NCBI GenBank assembly: GCA_030770535.1
Contig: JASVEC010000127.1
Span: 1 to 44,806, forward strand
DNA from: Batkoa obscura
Taxonomy: Eukaryota
Reading direction: 5' to 3'
Length of the DNA: 44,806 nucleotides
Below the pieces are notes generated by a model, which had not been told where the DNA came from, made no database searches, and saw nothing but the letters and a program-made list of their open reading frames with translations. The translations under genes were made by a program, and so were the position numbers. Shown here piece by piece: positions 1-12,455 of this stretch; positions within the stretch are counted from its first letter, which is position 1; every line of letters begins with the position of its first letter.

Positions 1-94
1 AATACACCCCCATATATTTGTAAATTATTTTTATAGTCTATATAATAGGACTGTCCAAGTTGGTTTCAGAATTTACTTAGAAATTAATCCAAAT

Positions 95-188
95 GGCAAT
101 GTATTTTTTTGTTTAAGGATTTTACAACCTTTCCATTCAAGTAGCGCTCAAAAATGGAAAAAGTAATGAAATCAAAAAAATCATCCCC
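95..188. mobile_element. ~99-bp MITE inside the left subterminal region of copy 1
   Basis: AAAT direct repeats flank it. The empty site CCAAATTTTAAA is visible in copy 2 (~3471-3482, reverse strand). Confidence 0.85.
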
Positions 189-426
189 AAATTTTAAATT
201 TTAAATTTATGTCTTTAATGTGATGGTTAAATCTAAAAAGCCTAAAATTAAATCTCTTTATTTAAAACTTATTTTAATTGTTTCCTTTTCTTAAATAGTT
301 AATTTTTCTAACTATGTGTTTCATGTTATCTCTGTTAAATATTCAATAAATATCTAATAAATATTTAATATATAACTATATAATTATATAATTATATAAA
401 TACAGTTATTTGACTTTATTTCTTGT

Positions 427-471
427 TAAAATAAAATAAAATAAAATAAAATAAAATAAAATAAAATAAAA
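427..471 (+). repeat. (TAAAA)9 microsatellite abutting the transposase ATG
   Basis: Read directly. Copies 2 and 3 carry only about two units here. Confidence 0.9.
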
Positions 472-1769
472 TGCAAACTTTCATAACTAAACTTCGAAAT
501 CGAATTTTTGAAAATTTTAATACAATAGGGAGGAGTACACAATACAAACATTGTAATTCATTTACATCAATTTTAAGAACTACTTATAACAATCCAAGGT
601 TTATGGAATTTTATAATAAAACAAAACAAAGAAAAGATATATTATCAAAGTTTACTATTGATAATAATAAACTTAATCAAGTAATGTATAAAATTAGTGC
701 TTTAAGGGAAACAGGAAACAAAAGTCAGCAAGTAGCGTTATTATCAACTATAGCTTCAGTATATGGGGTTGTCTGAATTAGCTTCATTATTTTATCCAAT
801 TTTTGAAAAATTTTGCATTTTAAAAACTTCGCTTAAAATTCTATAAAATCACATCTTTTATTAAAACAAAAGTACCCAAACACAGTTCTAAATCATTCTA
901 TTATAGCTCATACTGTAAGTTAGTTGAATTTCTACTAGATCTTAAATACATGTTCTTATAAAGCTTAATTGAGAAATATTTATTATCAACCGCTTTGTAA
1001 CCAACATTGTAGATTTATTATCAAATAAATAAACTACTTTAATGTTATAATTACATTATTAATATATTGCCAAGTTAATAAATAGCTGTATGGGAGGGTG
1101 TGATTAGCCCCAAAACTATAATTAACCATCCCTATATAGTACAAGTAATAATAGTTTTTACATATTATTACAGTTACTTGTTCTTTGACTATTTATTAAC
1201 TTAGCTACTTAACAACTTAAGTAATCTTAACACTTAATATATTTCTATCATTCAACAAACTACTTACTTGCTTAGTAAATATCGAAATTTTTAAATTCTC
1301 TGTTATCTTCGTAGGGTAAGCTGGGATCGATCTTTTAATTTTTCTGTTTTCTATAGACTCTATAACTCTAATTGGAACTATATCGCTCTTTTTGATGTAT
1401 CAGATACTGGATAACAATGTAGTTTATTGTTATGTTTAATAAAGTGTAAACACTTCTTTAATACCTTGCATCTCTATTATTATTTTTGTATTTTTGTTTC
1501 TTTCATACTTTCATACTTTTTAAAAATTATATCTGTTTTGCTATTATTAATAGTCGAGTTATTAATTTTATTATGCTCGCAAATAAAAGCCTCAAATCTT
1601 GAAACTAATTGATTAATGTCTTCTATTTTACCTAATGCTTCAAAACTACTTTTCCATTTTGAAAGATTTCCAATATGTCCATCAACTATACTTTTCCCAT
1701 GATGGTCAGCAAAAAAATTAAGATTAACATTCAAACTACTATTTATTTTATGAATTTCTTTAAACATAT

Positions 1770-1868
1770 GGGGATGTATTTTTTTGCTTAAGAATTTTAC
1801 TAACAATCTTTCCGCTCAAATAGAGCTTAAAAGATAGAAAAAGTAACGAAACCAAAAAAAACATCCCC
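1770..1868. mobile_element. MITE, insertion 3 in copy 2 transposase
   Basis: GGGGATG...CATCCCC, 99 bp, ATAT TSD. Confidence 0.92.
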
Positions 1869-2468
1869 ATATAGTGTAGAAACTCTTGGGATCTAAAATG
1901 ATTTCCTGTATCTGCCCATATATTAATTTTTGTAAGCTTTTTAAATAGAAGCTCTGTAGAGATTAAATCGATTAAACAATCTCCTGCATATGCTGAATCA
2001 TGATTCAATATTTCAGATAAATAATCAAAGTAAACTTTGCCTATTGTTTTATCATCTTTTGAAGATAATACACCAAAACCTAATACTGATATAGCTTGTT
2101 TATTATAATGATCTAAATTTATTGAATCTGATCTTGTCCCTATTTCCATATTTTGCTTAAAATCCAAAACTATTATACAACTTTTGTTATTTAATTTTTT
2201 AATAGTTTCATTGTGTTTTTTTGAGTATCAACACAGAATTTATGTAATTTGTATAATTTTTCTTCTTCGTTGAAAATTTCTTGTATCTCTGCTTTGTTTT
2301 TTGCTGTATTTATTTTATTTTCAAATAACTTTTTTCTAACTGTATACTGGGTACATATATTACATAGATCCGTTTTTCTTGCTGGATTTTTGAAATTACG
2401 GTATATATTTAAAGAACGTTGACCTAGCTACTGCTTTATCTCTTAGATCATTCAAATATTTACTATAC

Positions 2469-2567
2469 GGGGGTGTTTTTTTTGGCCTGATTACTTTTTC
2501 TATCTTTTAAGTGCCATTTGAGTGGAAAAATTGCTAGTAAAATTCTTAAACACAAAACCACATCCCC
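2469..2567. mobile_element. MITE, insertion 2 in copy 2 transposase
   Basis: GGGGGTG...CATCCCC, 99 bp, flanks ATAC/ATAT. Confidence 0.9.
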
Positions 2568-2682
2568 ATATATCATTCTTCTACTTTTATTTGATATATA
2601 TATTATCTGATGAATATTTACTATCATTATTTTTTTTATTAAATCTTGATGAAATAGTTAAATCATTTAGTAAATATTGTAT

Positions 2683-2782
2683 GGGGATGTATTTTTGTGT
2701 TTAAGAATTTTACTAACAAATTTTCCGCTTAAATAGTGTTTAAAAGATGGAAAAAATAATGAAGTTAAAAAAAAACACTCCC
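2683..2782. mobile_element. MITE, insertion 1 in copy 2 transposase
   Basis: GGGGATG...CACTCCC, GTAT TSD on both sides. Confidence 0.92.
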
Positions 2783-3699
2783 GTATAATAGTTTCAATTT
2801 GGTCATCTTTAATTTTTTTTGTATTTTTAATAATAGGTTTTAATGTTGATATTTTATTATTATTACTTGTTTTTGAATAATCATATTGATTTCTGTTTAT
2901 ACTAAATCCAAAATTCTTACATTCATCAAAAGAATATACTGAAGCTATAGTTGATAATAACGCTACTTGCTGACTTTTGTTTCCTGTTTCCCTTAAAGCA
3001 CTAATTTTATACATTACTTGATTAAGTTTATTATTATCAATAGTAAACTTTGATAATATATCTTTTCTTTGTTTTGTTTTATTATAAAATTCCATAAACC
3101 TTGGATTGTTATAAGTAGTTCTTAAAATTGATGTAAATGAATTACAATGTTTATATTGTGTACTCCTCCCTATTGTATTGAAATTTTCAAAAATTCGATT
3201 TCGAAGTTTAGTTATGAAAGTTTGCATTTTATTTTTATTTCAACAAAAAATAAAGCCAAATAATTGTATTTATATAATTATATAGTTATATAGTTATATA
3301 TTAAATATTTATTAGATATTTATTGAATATTTAACAGAGATAACATGAAACACATAGTTAGAAAAATTAACTATTTAAGAAAAGGAAACAATTAAAATAA
3401 GTTTTAAATAGAGACATTTAATTTTAGGCTTTTTAGATTTAACCATCACATTAAAGACATAAATTTAAAATTTAAAATTTGGATTAATTTCTAAGTAATT
3501 CTGAAACCAATTAGGACAGCCCCATTTATTATCATAGATAAGCCACGATCTACAAAAACGAGGGAGTGAAAGCAGTTTTACTTAATAGCTTAATCAATTT
3601 ATAAAACTAAGTTTATAGGCTTTTTACACTTACACACTTATATTCAATCCTATCGAACTAGGTTTTAAAAAGCTAGAGACTTATGGAAAACGGATATTC

Positions 3700-4310
3700 T
3701 AAAGATAAAAGCACTATAATCAAGCTTAACAAAAAAATTAAATAATCTAAAAAATGAATTGTAAATTAAACCATATTATCAAAACTATAGAAATATTCTC
3801 ATCTTTGTTTAACAGCTAAATTTATATTGACTTTTTGAAATATATGATGCTTTTAAATTTAGTACTTAGTCTATAATTTTCTAATACATGACTGGTTTCT
3901 ATTTTAATTTCAGAGTTTCAAATTATTGATGAAATTAACAAAATCTAATTATAAAATGAGAGCAGTATTAACTATTAGTACAAACACCCCCTCAAGTTAA
4001 CTGCAAAATATTAACAATCCCTTAATTACCAAGCTAGTAACTTTTTAACAATAATGATAGTTTAAAGTGGGGAAGGTTTTTATAAAAATGCAACTTCAAA
4101 ATGTTATCAATTAAAAACCTGTTAAAAAGTATTGAAAAAAACTTTGATAAACTAATTCAATACAGAATATTATATCAATTAGCTCTTAACTTAAAACATT
4201 GGTTTTGGTTGACAACCTTCTAAAATCCCCTTTATATTTGGTGCCATAGTTTTGGGATATTTTAGTTACATAACAATCTTTTTGACATATCAGCCTAAGG
4301 TATCTTTTTG
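3700..4310 (+). pseudogene. Possible highly decayed Tc1/IS630-type transposase relic
   Basis: Only scattered remnants across frames: GFG*QPSKIP, IFGAI and ISLR at ~4200-4300. Boundaries are approximate. Confidence 0.3.
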
Positions 4311-5159
4311 CCTAACTAAAAAGTCCCCCCAATTTTTGCTAACGCTAAATTTTTTGATTTAATGGTTAGTCTACACAATTGGATAAGGCTAACTTTTTTG
4401 TGCAGGAGGGAGGAGGAGCACACCCATGTGCATTTGGATGAGCTAATTGATACTTTAAAAAAGTTTGGTTAAAAAGCAGAAAATAAATCCAAAAAGTATA
4501 AAAAAGTTTGTAGAATCACAAAACTAGAGCGTTAATAATGTTTTGTTAATCATCTCACCAATAAGTTTTAACGAAAAACAATTTTTTTTCAAATCCTAGG
4601 ATTATTTAGGAAAAACCAATAAACTCAGATTTGTGAACTTACAAAATTTCCTGATATAGGGACCTGTAATATTGTTTGGCCAGTTTTGTTAAAAAGCTGG
4701 AGAGTACATAACTGTTAAATAACTCATGTTGAAATTAATAGCAGAGATAGTATTCTAGTGAAAATATATTAAAGCTTTTAACTTTAATAGCAAGTTAAAA
4801 AAACCTTTAAGAACGAAATGAAGATAAACCCCCTCCTAATCTAATCAATACAAAAATCTTCCTTTCAGATTACCTAAAAACAGTTATAATTACAATAATA
4901 TTAATAACTAAATCAATCCTCGCTTCTTCAAATTATAACCCAAAATTATTTTAACTTTATTAAAGTCTTAATCCACAAGGCCATAAATAAACTGCTATAA
5001 AAAGATTGAAACTTTAATTGTAACTTTTAGGTGTATTAACCAATTATTGAGTCAGATGACAAATACAATAATTTCAGGTATTGAATGCTAATGAATAATG
5101 CTAAATTATTTTAGTCATCTTTAGTAATGAACAACTTTTCATATCATTAAAAAACAATT

Positions 5160-7235
5160 ATTAACAAAGCCTTATTCTTTTTAAAAAGTGTATTTGTTGC
5201 CAAGTAATAATCAAATTCAAGTTACAGAGATTATAAACGCATTAATGGATTAAGTGATAAGAAGCATATCGAAGTAATTATATTAAACAAGCTTGGTTGA
5301 GCAGTTATTATATAAATCTAATATAATCAATCTATTTAGGTACTTTTGTTAGTACTAACTGGTTTTTATTTCATATAAAAAGCCTAAGTGTGTTTTACTC
5401 AATTCCTACTAAATTTAAAAAACTAGCTAAATTATACTATATATAGCTTTTCTCATAATGATGGTGCTTGATAATAATGTTACTTACAATCCTTCACTTA
5501 ATTAATTTTTTTTAAATATTATAATCAGTTTCCATACAACATTAACAAAATCTGGAAATTGTTATAGCTTTATCCAGTTTAGTTTTTATATACTACTCTA
5601 CAAAGCAGAGTTTAATTAACTAGTTCAAAGACAGCACTGACACTATAATGTCTATAAATACTAAATTAAGTGATACAAATTTTAACCAAAAGTTATTGCT
5701 GTTATTTTAGGGCTAAAATAACTGTTTAAATTGTCTGCTAGAAAAAACATTTCTCAAATTATGCTTGTTAATGTAATGTATCACCTCTGCTAATGGTTTT
5801 AAATTTGGTAAAAAAATTGCTTTTTGTGGAGTTGTGGTTTATAATTATTTGTAAAAGTTATCACAAAATTTAAATTGGCAAACAAAATTCTAAATCTCAA
5901 CCCAATGTTAAAAAAACTGTTTCACATAAGCAAAAGGTTCAAACTATCTAAAAATTTACCACATTATGTATTATATGTAACATTAACTAAATCAGAAAAT
6001 AGATAAAGTATATTTTTAACAAATTTAATATTTGTGTTTGTGCTTGTAGGGGTTTAGTTTTTATTTAAAAACTACCGGTGTTAAGTTTGAAACTTTATAA
6101 TATATTAAAAACCAAAAAGTTCTACTAGCCATTTTATTGACATAATAGAATTATTAAAAAAGTTGATAAAGCAAGCGGTTTATAGAAGTGCAGTTGCCTT
6201 ATTATATATAAATCAAATATTTATCAGGAAAATAAAAAATTCAATTTTTTAGATTGACAAAAACAAAAGGGCATTTTTAAAATAGCTTAAGGCCTTAAAA
6301 GGGGGGGGGTATTACACAGAATATAAAGTCTATATTAATATGAGACTCTGTCCTTTATAGCCTTCAAAACTTGAGAAAATTTATTTAAATACAATTACTA
6401 AAGCAAAAAGGAAAAAAGTTTGAAAGTTATTAAGTTTAAAATGATATTCAATCAAAAATTTACAATAATCAAAAAGATAGTTTCCAAAAGTAGTTTTGTG
6501 TTAAATTACTAAAAACCTAATAAAGTCATTTTAAACAATATTTGTATTCTCAGAAATTGATAATGCTGTTGATAGGCTTTGATAGTTAAAGTGGTTTTTA
6601 GTAGTAAAACTAATGCCCAAATGCTAATTAAGTTACAAATAGATATTGGAAACCAGGAAAAAGATACATTAAAAACCTCATAAAAAAGCTTTTTCAAACA
6701 ACTTAACTAAGAAGAAAATCTTAGGAATTATTCAAATATATACTTTTAAATTATATTTATGATTTAATGAACATTTTTTTATAAATTTCCCCAAAATCAA
6801 GATATCATTAATTATCTCAAACAAAGTGTCTAATTGTTTTTGCTCAATTAACACTTCAAACTATAATCACAACTGCTTATTTATCCTTTTAGATAAGTTT
6901 AAATCAAAAATTAGCCTTCTATACTTAATAAGTTAAAAACCATGTATTTGCTAGATGCTTTTCTGCTCTATACTAATACTATAATAAAGAAAGTTTGAGT
7001 TTCTTTTTGGATTCAGAAAATATTATAAAAAAAGTTCATACTTAAAATTTACTATAACTCCCTTTACTTTGAATTGCTAAAAAGCTTTAATTGTTACCAA
7101 GTCAATCAATCCCCACTTATTTAGTCTCTAACAACTAAGAAACAAACTTTTAAAAGCTTGTCTTAATGTTTCCAACTTTAAATTTTTCGTTTATATAACG
7201 AATACAAATATTACACACTAGTAAGGGGGGAAGCG
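5160..7235 (+). pseudogene. Decayed Ty3/Gypsy pol relic (RT-RNase H-integrase order)
   Basis: Motif remnants in the correct order: PYS..VFVAK..DYKRIN (~5170-5246), LTGFY (~5355), KVLLAIL (~6116-6140), RYWKP..IKNLIKK (~6640-6690), LIVFAQLT (~6830-6853). A purine tract AGTAAGGGGGGAAG lies at ~7220. Many indels and stops; boundaries approximate. Confidence 0.55.
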
Positions 7236-7648
7236 TTGAGCTGCTGAATAGACACACAGTAATGATTTTGAGCACTTAATATCATAATCACATATTTTAA
7301 AACTTTATTTACAGAAAGGGCTACATTATTAAAGAAAAGAGATTATTTAGTTACTATTATACTATCAAAACATTTAGATTATATATACGTATAAAACTAA
7401 ATTTAGAAAATTTGTAGATTGTATAACACATATTGTATAATACCTGTACTCAATTAGCCCAAACCTCCAAACCCCTCAAAAGAGAAATTTTCGAGATAAT
7501 GATAATGGACTTTTTAAAGCTTTAAGTTTATAATTTTTACCTTTGTTGTTGTCCATGTAAAACTAAAAAAATAAAAGGGCAATAAAGTGGAGTTTCCTTA
7601 TAAGTTAAGTTGGCTTAATAACGTTAAAATAACTAAACACTTCCATAT

Positions 7649-8574
7649 ACTTGAAAAAATTTATAAAGTAAATAGTAGTTTGAATATTGGTCTTAATTTT
7701 TTTGCTGACCATCATGGGAAAAGTATAGTTGATGGACATATTGGAAATCTTTCAAAATAGAAAAGTAGTTTTGTGAAGCGTTAGGTAAAATAGAAGATAT
7801 CAATCAATTAATTTCAAGATTTGAGGCTTTTATTTGCGAGCATAATAAAATTAATAACTCGACTATTAATAATAGGAAAACAGATATAATTTTTAAAAAG
7901 TATGAAAGTATGAAAGAAACAAAAATACAAAAATAATAATAGAGATGCAAGGTATTAAAGAAGTGTTTACACTTTATTAAACATAACAATAAACTACATT
8001 GTTATCCAGTATCTGATACATCAAAAAGAGCGATATAGTTCCAATTAGAGTTATAGAGTCTATAGAAAACAGAAAAATTAAAAGATCGATCCCAGCTTAC
8101 CCTACGAAGATAACAGAGAATTTAAAAATTTCGATATTTACTAAGCAAGTAAGTAGTTTGTTGAATGATAGAAATAGATTGTTAAATGTTAGGATTACTT
8201 AAGTTATTAATAGCTAAGTTAATAAATAGTCAAAGAACAAGTAACTGTAATAATATGTAAAAACTATTATTACTTGTACTATATAGGGATGGTTAATTAT
8301 AGTTTTGGGGCTAATCACACCCTCCCATACAGCTATTTATTAACTTGGCAATATATTAATAATGTAATTATAACATTAAAATAGTTTATTTATTTAATGT
8401 CTAGTAGAAATTCATCTAATTTACAGTATAAACTATAATAGAATGATCTAGAACTGCGTTCGGGGGTACTTTTGTTTTAATAAAAGATGTGATTTTATAG
8501 AATTTTAAGTAAAGTTTTTAAATACAAAATATCTAAAAATTGGATAAAATAATGAAACTAATTCAGACAACCCT
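7649..8574 (+). mobile_element. Sola2-like transposon, copy 5: 3' third plus right TIR
   Basis: Homologous to 15923-16922. Begins right after ...CACTTCC-ATAT at the MITE-3 position and ends GAAACTAATTCAGACAACCCT. Has an internal deletion near 8395. Confidence 0.88.
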
Positions 8575-8609
8575 ATATGGATATATTTTTTGGGTTTACT
8601 AAATACGTT

Positions 8610-8792
8610 AAGTATTAACATAATCTATAATTCATATAATTTTTTTTCTTTATCAAAAAAATTTTATGTCTTTGCTTTATTTATTACCGTTGTATTACTT
8701 TATTTTCAAATAATTTTTTTCTAACTGTAATATCAAGCACCTATATTATATATGTTTGTTTTTGCTGCATTTTTGAAATTGTTTCATATATA
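8610..8792 (-). pseudogene. Older, diverged fragment of the same transposase (middle region)
   Basis: Aligns by eye to 2223-2410, e.g. TATTTTCAAATAA(T/C)TTTTTTCTAACTGTA. Confidence 0.7.
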
Positions 8793-8793
8793 T

Positions 8794-8910
8794 TGAGAGT
8801 GTTTTTTTACTTGATTATTTTTTTGCTCAAGAATTTTACTAGCAATTTTTCTGCTCAATACTGGCTTAAAAAAGATGCAAAAAGTGATGAAGCCAAAAAA
8901 AGAACATCCC
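8794..8910. mobile_element. Diverged MITE copy
   Basis: Core AAGAATTTTACTAGCAATTTTTCTGCTCAA...AAAAAGTGATGAAGCCAAAAAAAGAACATCCC. Confidence 0.75.
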
Positions 8911-9307
8911 TCTATTTGTTAGTATATAAAAAAAACTATTATAATATAACTTATTATATTAAAATGTAATTTTTACTATGATATTAAAGTGAAAATTACT
9001 TTTTAACGGATGTATGTTGAAACTTCATATTTTTTACTGCTACAATATATAATAAAATTTTTGTTTATTGTGTTGCAACGATTTCTAATGTTTCCAAATT
9101 GATAACAGATTATACAACAATAATAAGAACAAAAAAATTATTAAAAAACTATAGTTAAAAAATGTAAAACTGTTTAAAAACTAACTATTATAAAAAAATC
9201 AGTTTACGTTATTTTTAAATCTTTACCAAATTAAAATTCAATAAAACTAATATTACTTTGTCTAAATAAACATTATTTTTAAGCTTGTTAATATAAAAAG
9301 CATATTG

Positions 9308-9408
9308 GGATCTGTTTTTGTATTTAAGAGCTTTGCTAACAATTTTCCCTCTTAAACAACAGCCCTTAAAAGATGGAAAAAGTGATGAGAGGTCAAAAAA
9401 ACATCACC
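9308..9408. mobile_element. Diverged MITE copy
   Basis: Family core present, ATTG direct repeats on both flanks. Confidence 0.8.
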
Positions 9409-9563
9409 ATTGTAATTTTCATAAACTTTTTTAAAATAATTATAAATAACTTTAAATAACCTTAAAATTTAATATTTAGTATGTATGAAATATTTATATT
9501 TAATGTATAAACATGTACTTTTTCAAAAATGTTATTAGCAGCTTTTCTACTTAAATACCAAGT

Positions 9564-9657
9564 GGGAATGTATTTTTATGTTTAAGAATTTACTAATAAA
9601 TTTCTGCTTTAAATAGCGCTTAAAAAACGAAAAAATAATAAAGTAAAAAAACACCCC
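9564..9657. mobile_element. MITE nested in an older MITE (host halves ~9512-9557 and ~9671-9711)
   Basis: GGGAATG...CACCCC with AAGT/AAGA flanks. The sequences on either side resemble the two halves of another copy. Confidence 0.75.
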
Positions 9658-10240
9658 AAGAGTGAGTAGTTAGTGCTTAAAAAATATAAATGATAAACTA
9701 AAAAAACGTCCCTATATGTATTTTTTAAATTAGTTTAATAAAAGAATTAGGATTATAAAAAATATATAAATAAAAACAAATCAAAGAGTTTAAAAAACAA
9801 AGTAGAAATATTCTAATAAGCTACTTTTTTGCAAGCATAATTTATGAAAATTTAACATATTGCTTGAAAAGTTTTAAAATAAGTATAGGCCCGACCAGTT
9901 ATTATAAGTCAATTAAAGATGCAAAAAAAGCTTTTAAATTTTTTTTAGCCTTTTTCGGCCTCTTTTTTCATATATTAAAATTATTCTATTTTAATAGCTT
10001 TTAAAAATTAATATTTTTTTGATATACTACTGATTATTAACTTTCTATTTAACATTATTTAACTAATATTTCAGTTAGAACCAATGTTTTTTGCTTTACA
10101 GATTTTTAGATTTTTAATTTAGCTTTTTATTGTAAAATATTTTTGTTTTTGTTTTTGTTTTTGTTTTCATTTTTATTTACTTTTTTAAATAATTGGCAAT
10201 GTTATATTAAAAAAAGTTCAAGTGTATTTAAACAATAAAT

Positions 10241-10337
10241 GGGAGTGTATTTTTAGTTTGAGAGTTTTACTAACAATATTTCTGTTTAAATAGTGCTTAA
10301 AAATGGAAAAAGTGATGAAGTCAAAAAAAACATCCGC
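10241..10337. mobile_element. MITE copy
   Basis: GGGAGTG...CATCCGC with family core. Confidence 0.85.
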
Positions 10338-10449
10338 AATTCGTATTTTTAAGTTTTTATTATGGTTGCATTAAAATATTTAAACGCTTACTTACTATTT
10401 TGTATTTTTAATTTTTTTAAAATAGTTTAGCTTCATAATATTAATAAAA

Positions 10450-10547
10450 GAGGATTTTTTTCGATTTTCATCATTTTTTCCATTTTTAGCCATATCTGAA
10501 TAAAAAAGCGATCAGTAAAATTCTTAAACAAAAAACTATATTTCTGT
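10450..10547. mobile_element. Degenerate MITE copy
   Basis: TCATTTTTTCCATTTTTAG...AGTAAAATTCTTAAACAAAAA core, termini eroded. Confidence 0.65.
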
Positions 10548-11547
10548 ATAAATTTTTTAAATTCATGCTGATTTAAAGCCATAAATATACTTTACAACCC
10601 ACCAAAATTATTTCTATTAGTTTTCAAGTTTATTGAGCTTTTGTTATCAAAATAACAATCATTCTGATAAGCATATTTACGAGTTTTTATTATAAGTTAT
10701 TGTTTGAGTTATTAACTAAACTACATAAAACAAAACAGTGTTCAAATTAAAATTAAAATATTTTATATACTTTTTTAAATAATTAAGTCAAAACTTAAAT
10801 TTATATAGTTTTAAGCTTTTATATAGTTTTAAAAAAAAATAGCATAGTAAAATGAAACATTCAAAAAACAGTATGGTAATTTTTTAGAGCTATATGTAAA
10901 ACTTGTTGACTTGTTTTTTGAAAAAAATTCGCCAAATTAAAAAAACAAATAGTAAATAGATAGCTTCAAAAATTACCACAAACTAAAGTTGAAGTAAAGT
11001 TGCAGGAGAGCCCACCTGCGCCCATCTAATCTATAGTTATAAAATCGTTTACAGCAGTTAACATAGCTTACACAGTCAATAACTAATTTATTTTGAAATT
11101 AAAACAAAAATAAAAAAAGCTATAAATTTGCAACACAATTTCTTGAATTTTTATAGATTTAAAATTAGTACAATCAAAATTTTTACTGGGATAAAAAGCC
11201 GTTTTTAGCTTGTTTAATATTGGAATATTTTTATATGCTCTTTTCTTTATTTTAATAAAACTTATATTATTAACATTATTATTGTTTTGTGATATATTTT
11301 TAAATTAGTAAATAGAGTAGAAGCACATGGGGACAAAATAATCACGTTTTTTTATTAATGATCACTTTGATTTATAAATAATAGGTTATTTTAGGCGAAT
11401 CTCGACTTTGGAATTTCAATTCACATATGATTTTTATCAATAAAAAACATAATTATTAATGCATGGTACTTCTGGTTAACGTTAGCCCAAGGACTGAATT
11501 ATTTTAGAGTATCTAAACTTACTAAAAGTACCCAAAAAACGAGAACT

Positions 11548-11630
11548 GAGGTGTTTTTTGGTTTTACTTTTTAAGCGTATTCTTGAGCGTAGAAAAGCTG
11601 TTAGCAAAATTCTTGAACAAAAAAATATCT
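11548..11630. mobile_element. Degenerate MITE copy
   Basis: GAGGTGTTTTTTGGTTTT...TGTTAGCAAAATTCTTGAACAAAAAAAT. Confidence 0.65.
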
Positions 11631-11676
11631 AATTAATTTTACTAAGTTTACAATTGTAAAAAACTAATAGAAAAAC

Positions 11677-12110
11677 TGTATTTTTTTCGTAAATGAAAGT
11701 GGATAGAGAATTATAGTATGATTTGATTCAAGGCTAAGTAAGATCAAGGATCCTGAGGAGGAAAGGAAGCTTATAATAAAACTAAATCAAAAGAGATCAT
11801 CTATCTTGGCAACTTTCCGCTTAAGTTAGCACTATTAATATAATAGACATGAGTATTTGTGCCCAGTAATAGTTCCAAACTATAGTGCTAATAGGTAGTC
11901 TATTTTCTTCTAGGCTTTTATTAAAGAACTTTTCAATGTAAATTATAATTAAAGAAAGGTACTTCTTAAGAGGAAATCAGTGTTTATTATAATGGTGGAT
12001 AATATTAAAGTCTATAAAACTTCTGAGTTAAAAGCAGAAGCTATTAATAACTTAGCTCATAAAGTTAAGTTTACACCTCCATATATTTCCTGTTTAACTT
12101 TATTGAGTTG
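11677..12110 (+). pseudogene. Decayed Tc1/mariner-IS630 (DDE) transposase relic
   Basis: CIFFVNESG at ~11677 resembles (F)xDESG. VFIIMVDNIKVYKT...HKVKFTPPY at 11980-12084 resembles MDNAxxHK...FLPPYSPxLNPIE. Confidence 0.7.
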
Positions 12111-12377
12111 ATATTTAACAACTGATGAAGAGGAAAAGGAGATTGATTTTGATTGGGTTTTTTAGAAAATAAAAATAGAAATTAAATTATAGCAGAAGTT
12201 AGAGGTTGAGGGGGGTTGGGTAAAGCGCAATATCAAGACCATTATTAAAGCAAAGCTATTAAAAACAATAAATGTCTTATTTCATAATTAATTTTTTATA
12301 TTATTCAACTTTTTGAACAATTACAGCATCTTTTACTTTTTAATTTTTAGAATAGTATGTCTGGGGGGGAAGCCCAC

Positions 12378-12451
12378 ATGTTTTTTTAAAAATTTCACTA
12401 ATTTTTTCACTTAAAAATGGAAAAAGTAATAAGATCAAAAAAAACATACGC
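12378..12451. mobile_element. Degenerate MITE abutting the terminus of copy 4
   Basis: CTTAAAAATGGAAAAAGTAATAAGATCAAAAAAAACATACGC, then ATAT, then the copy 4 TIR. Confidence 0.65.
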
Positions 12452-12455
12452 ATAT

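Larger units (their letters stand above)
47..764 (+). mobile_element. Sola2-like DNA transposon, copy 1: left end plus 5' part of transposase, truncated where copy 2 begins
   Basis: Starts AGGACTGTCCAAGTTGGTTTCAGAATTT, a variant of the left TIR at 3523. ORF 471.. is identical to the N-terminus of 14462.. up to ...STIASVY, then switches at ATAT (761-764) into the right TIR of copy 2. Confidence 0.85.
765..3523 (-). mobile_element. Sola2-like DNA transposon, copy 2: both termini present, transposase disrupted by three MITEs and frameshifts
   Basis: TIRs GGGGTTGTCTGAATTAGCTTCA (765) and, on the minus strand, GGGGCTGTCCTAATTGGTTTCA (3523). ORF pieces 2667-3227, 1760-2167 and 1480-1806 give motifs LDFKQN, LNHDS, IWADTGNHFRS and FFADHHGKSIVDGHIG. 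Flanks are ATAT/ATTT. Confidence 0.88.
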
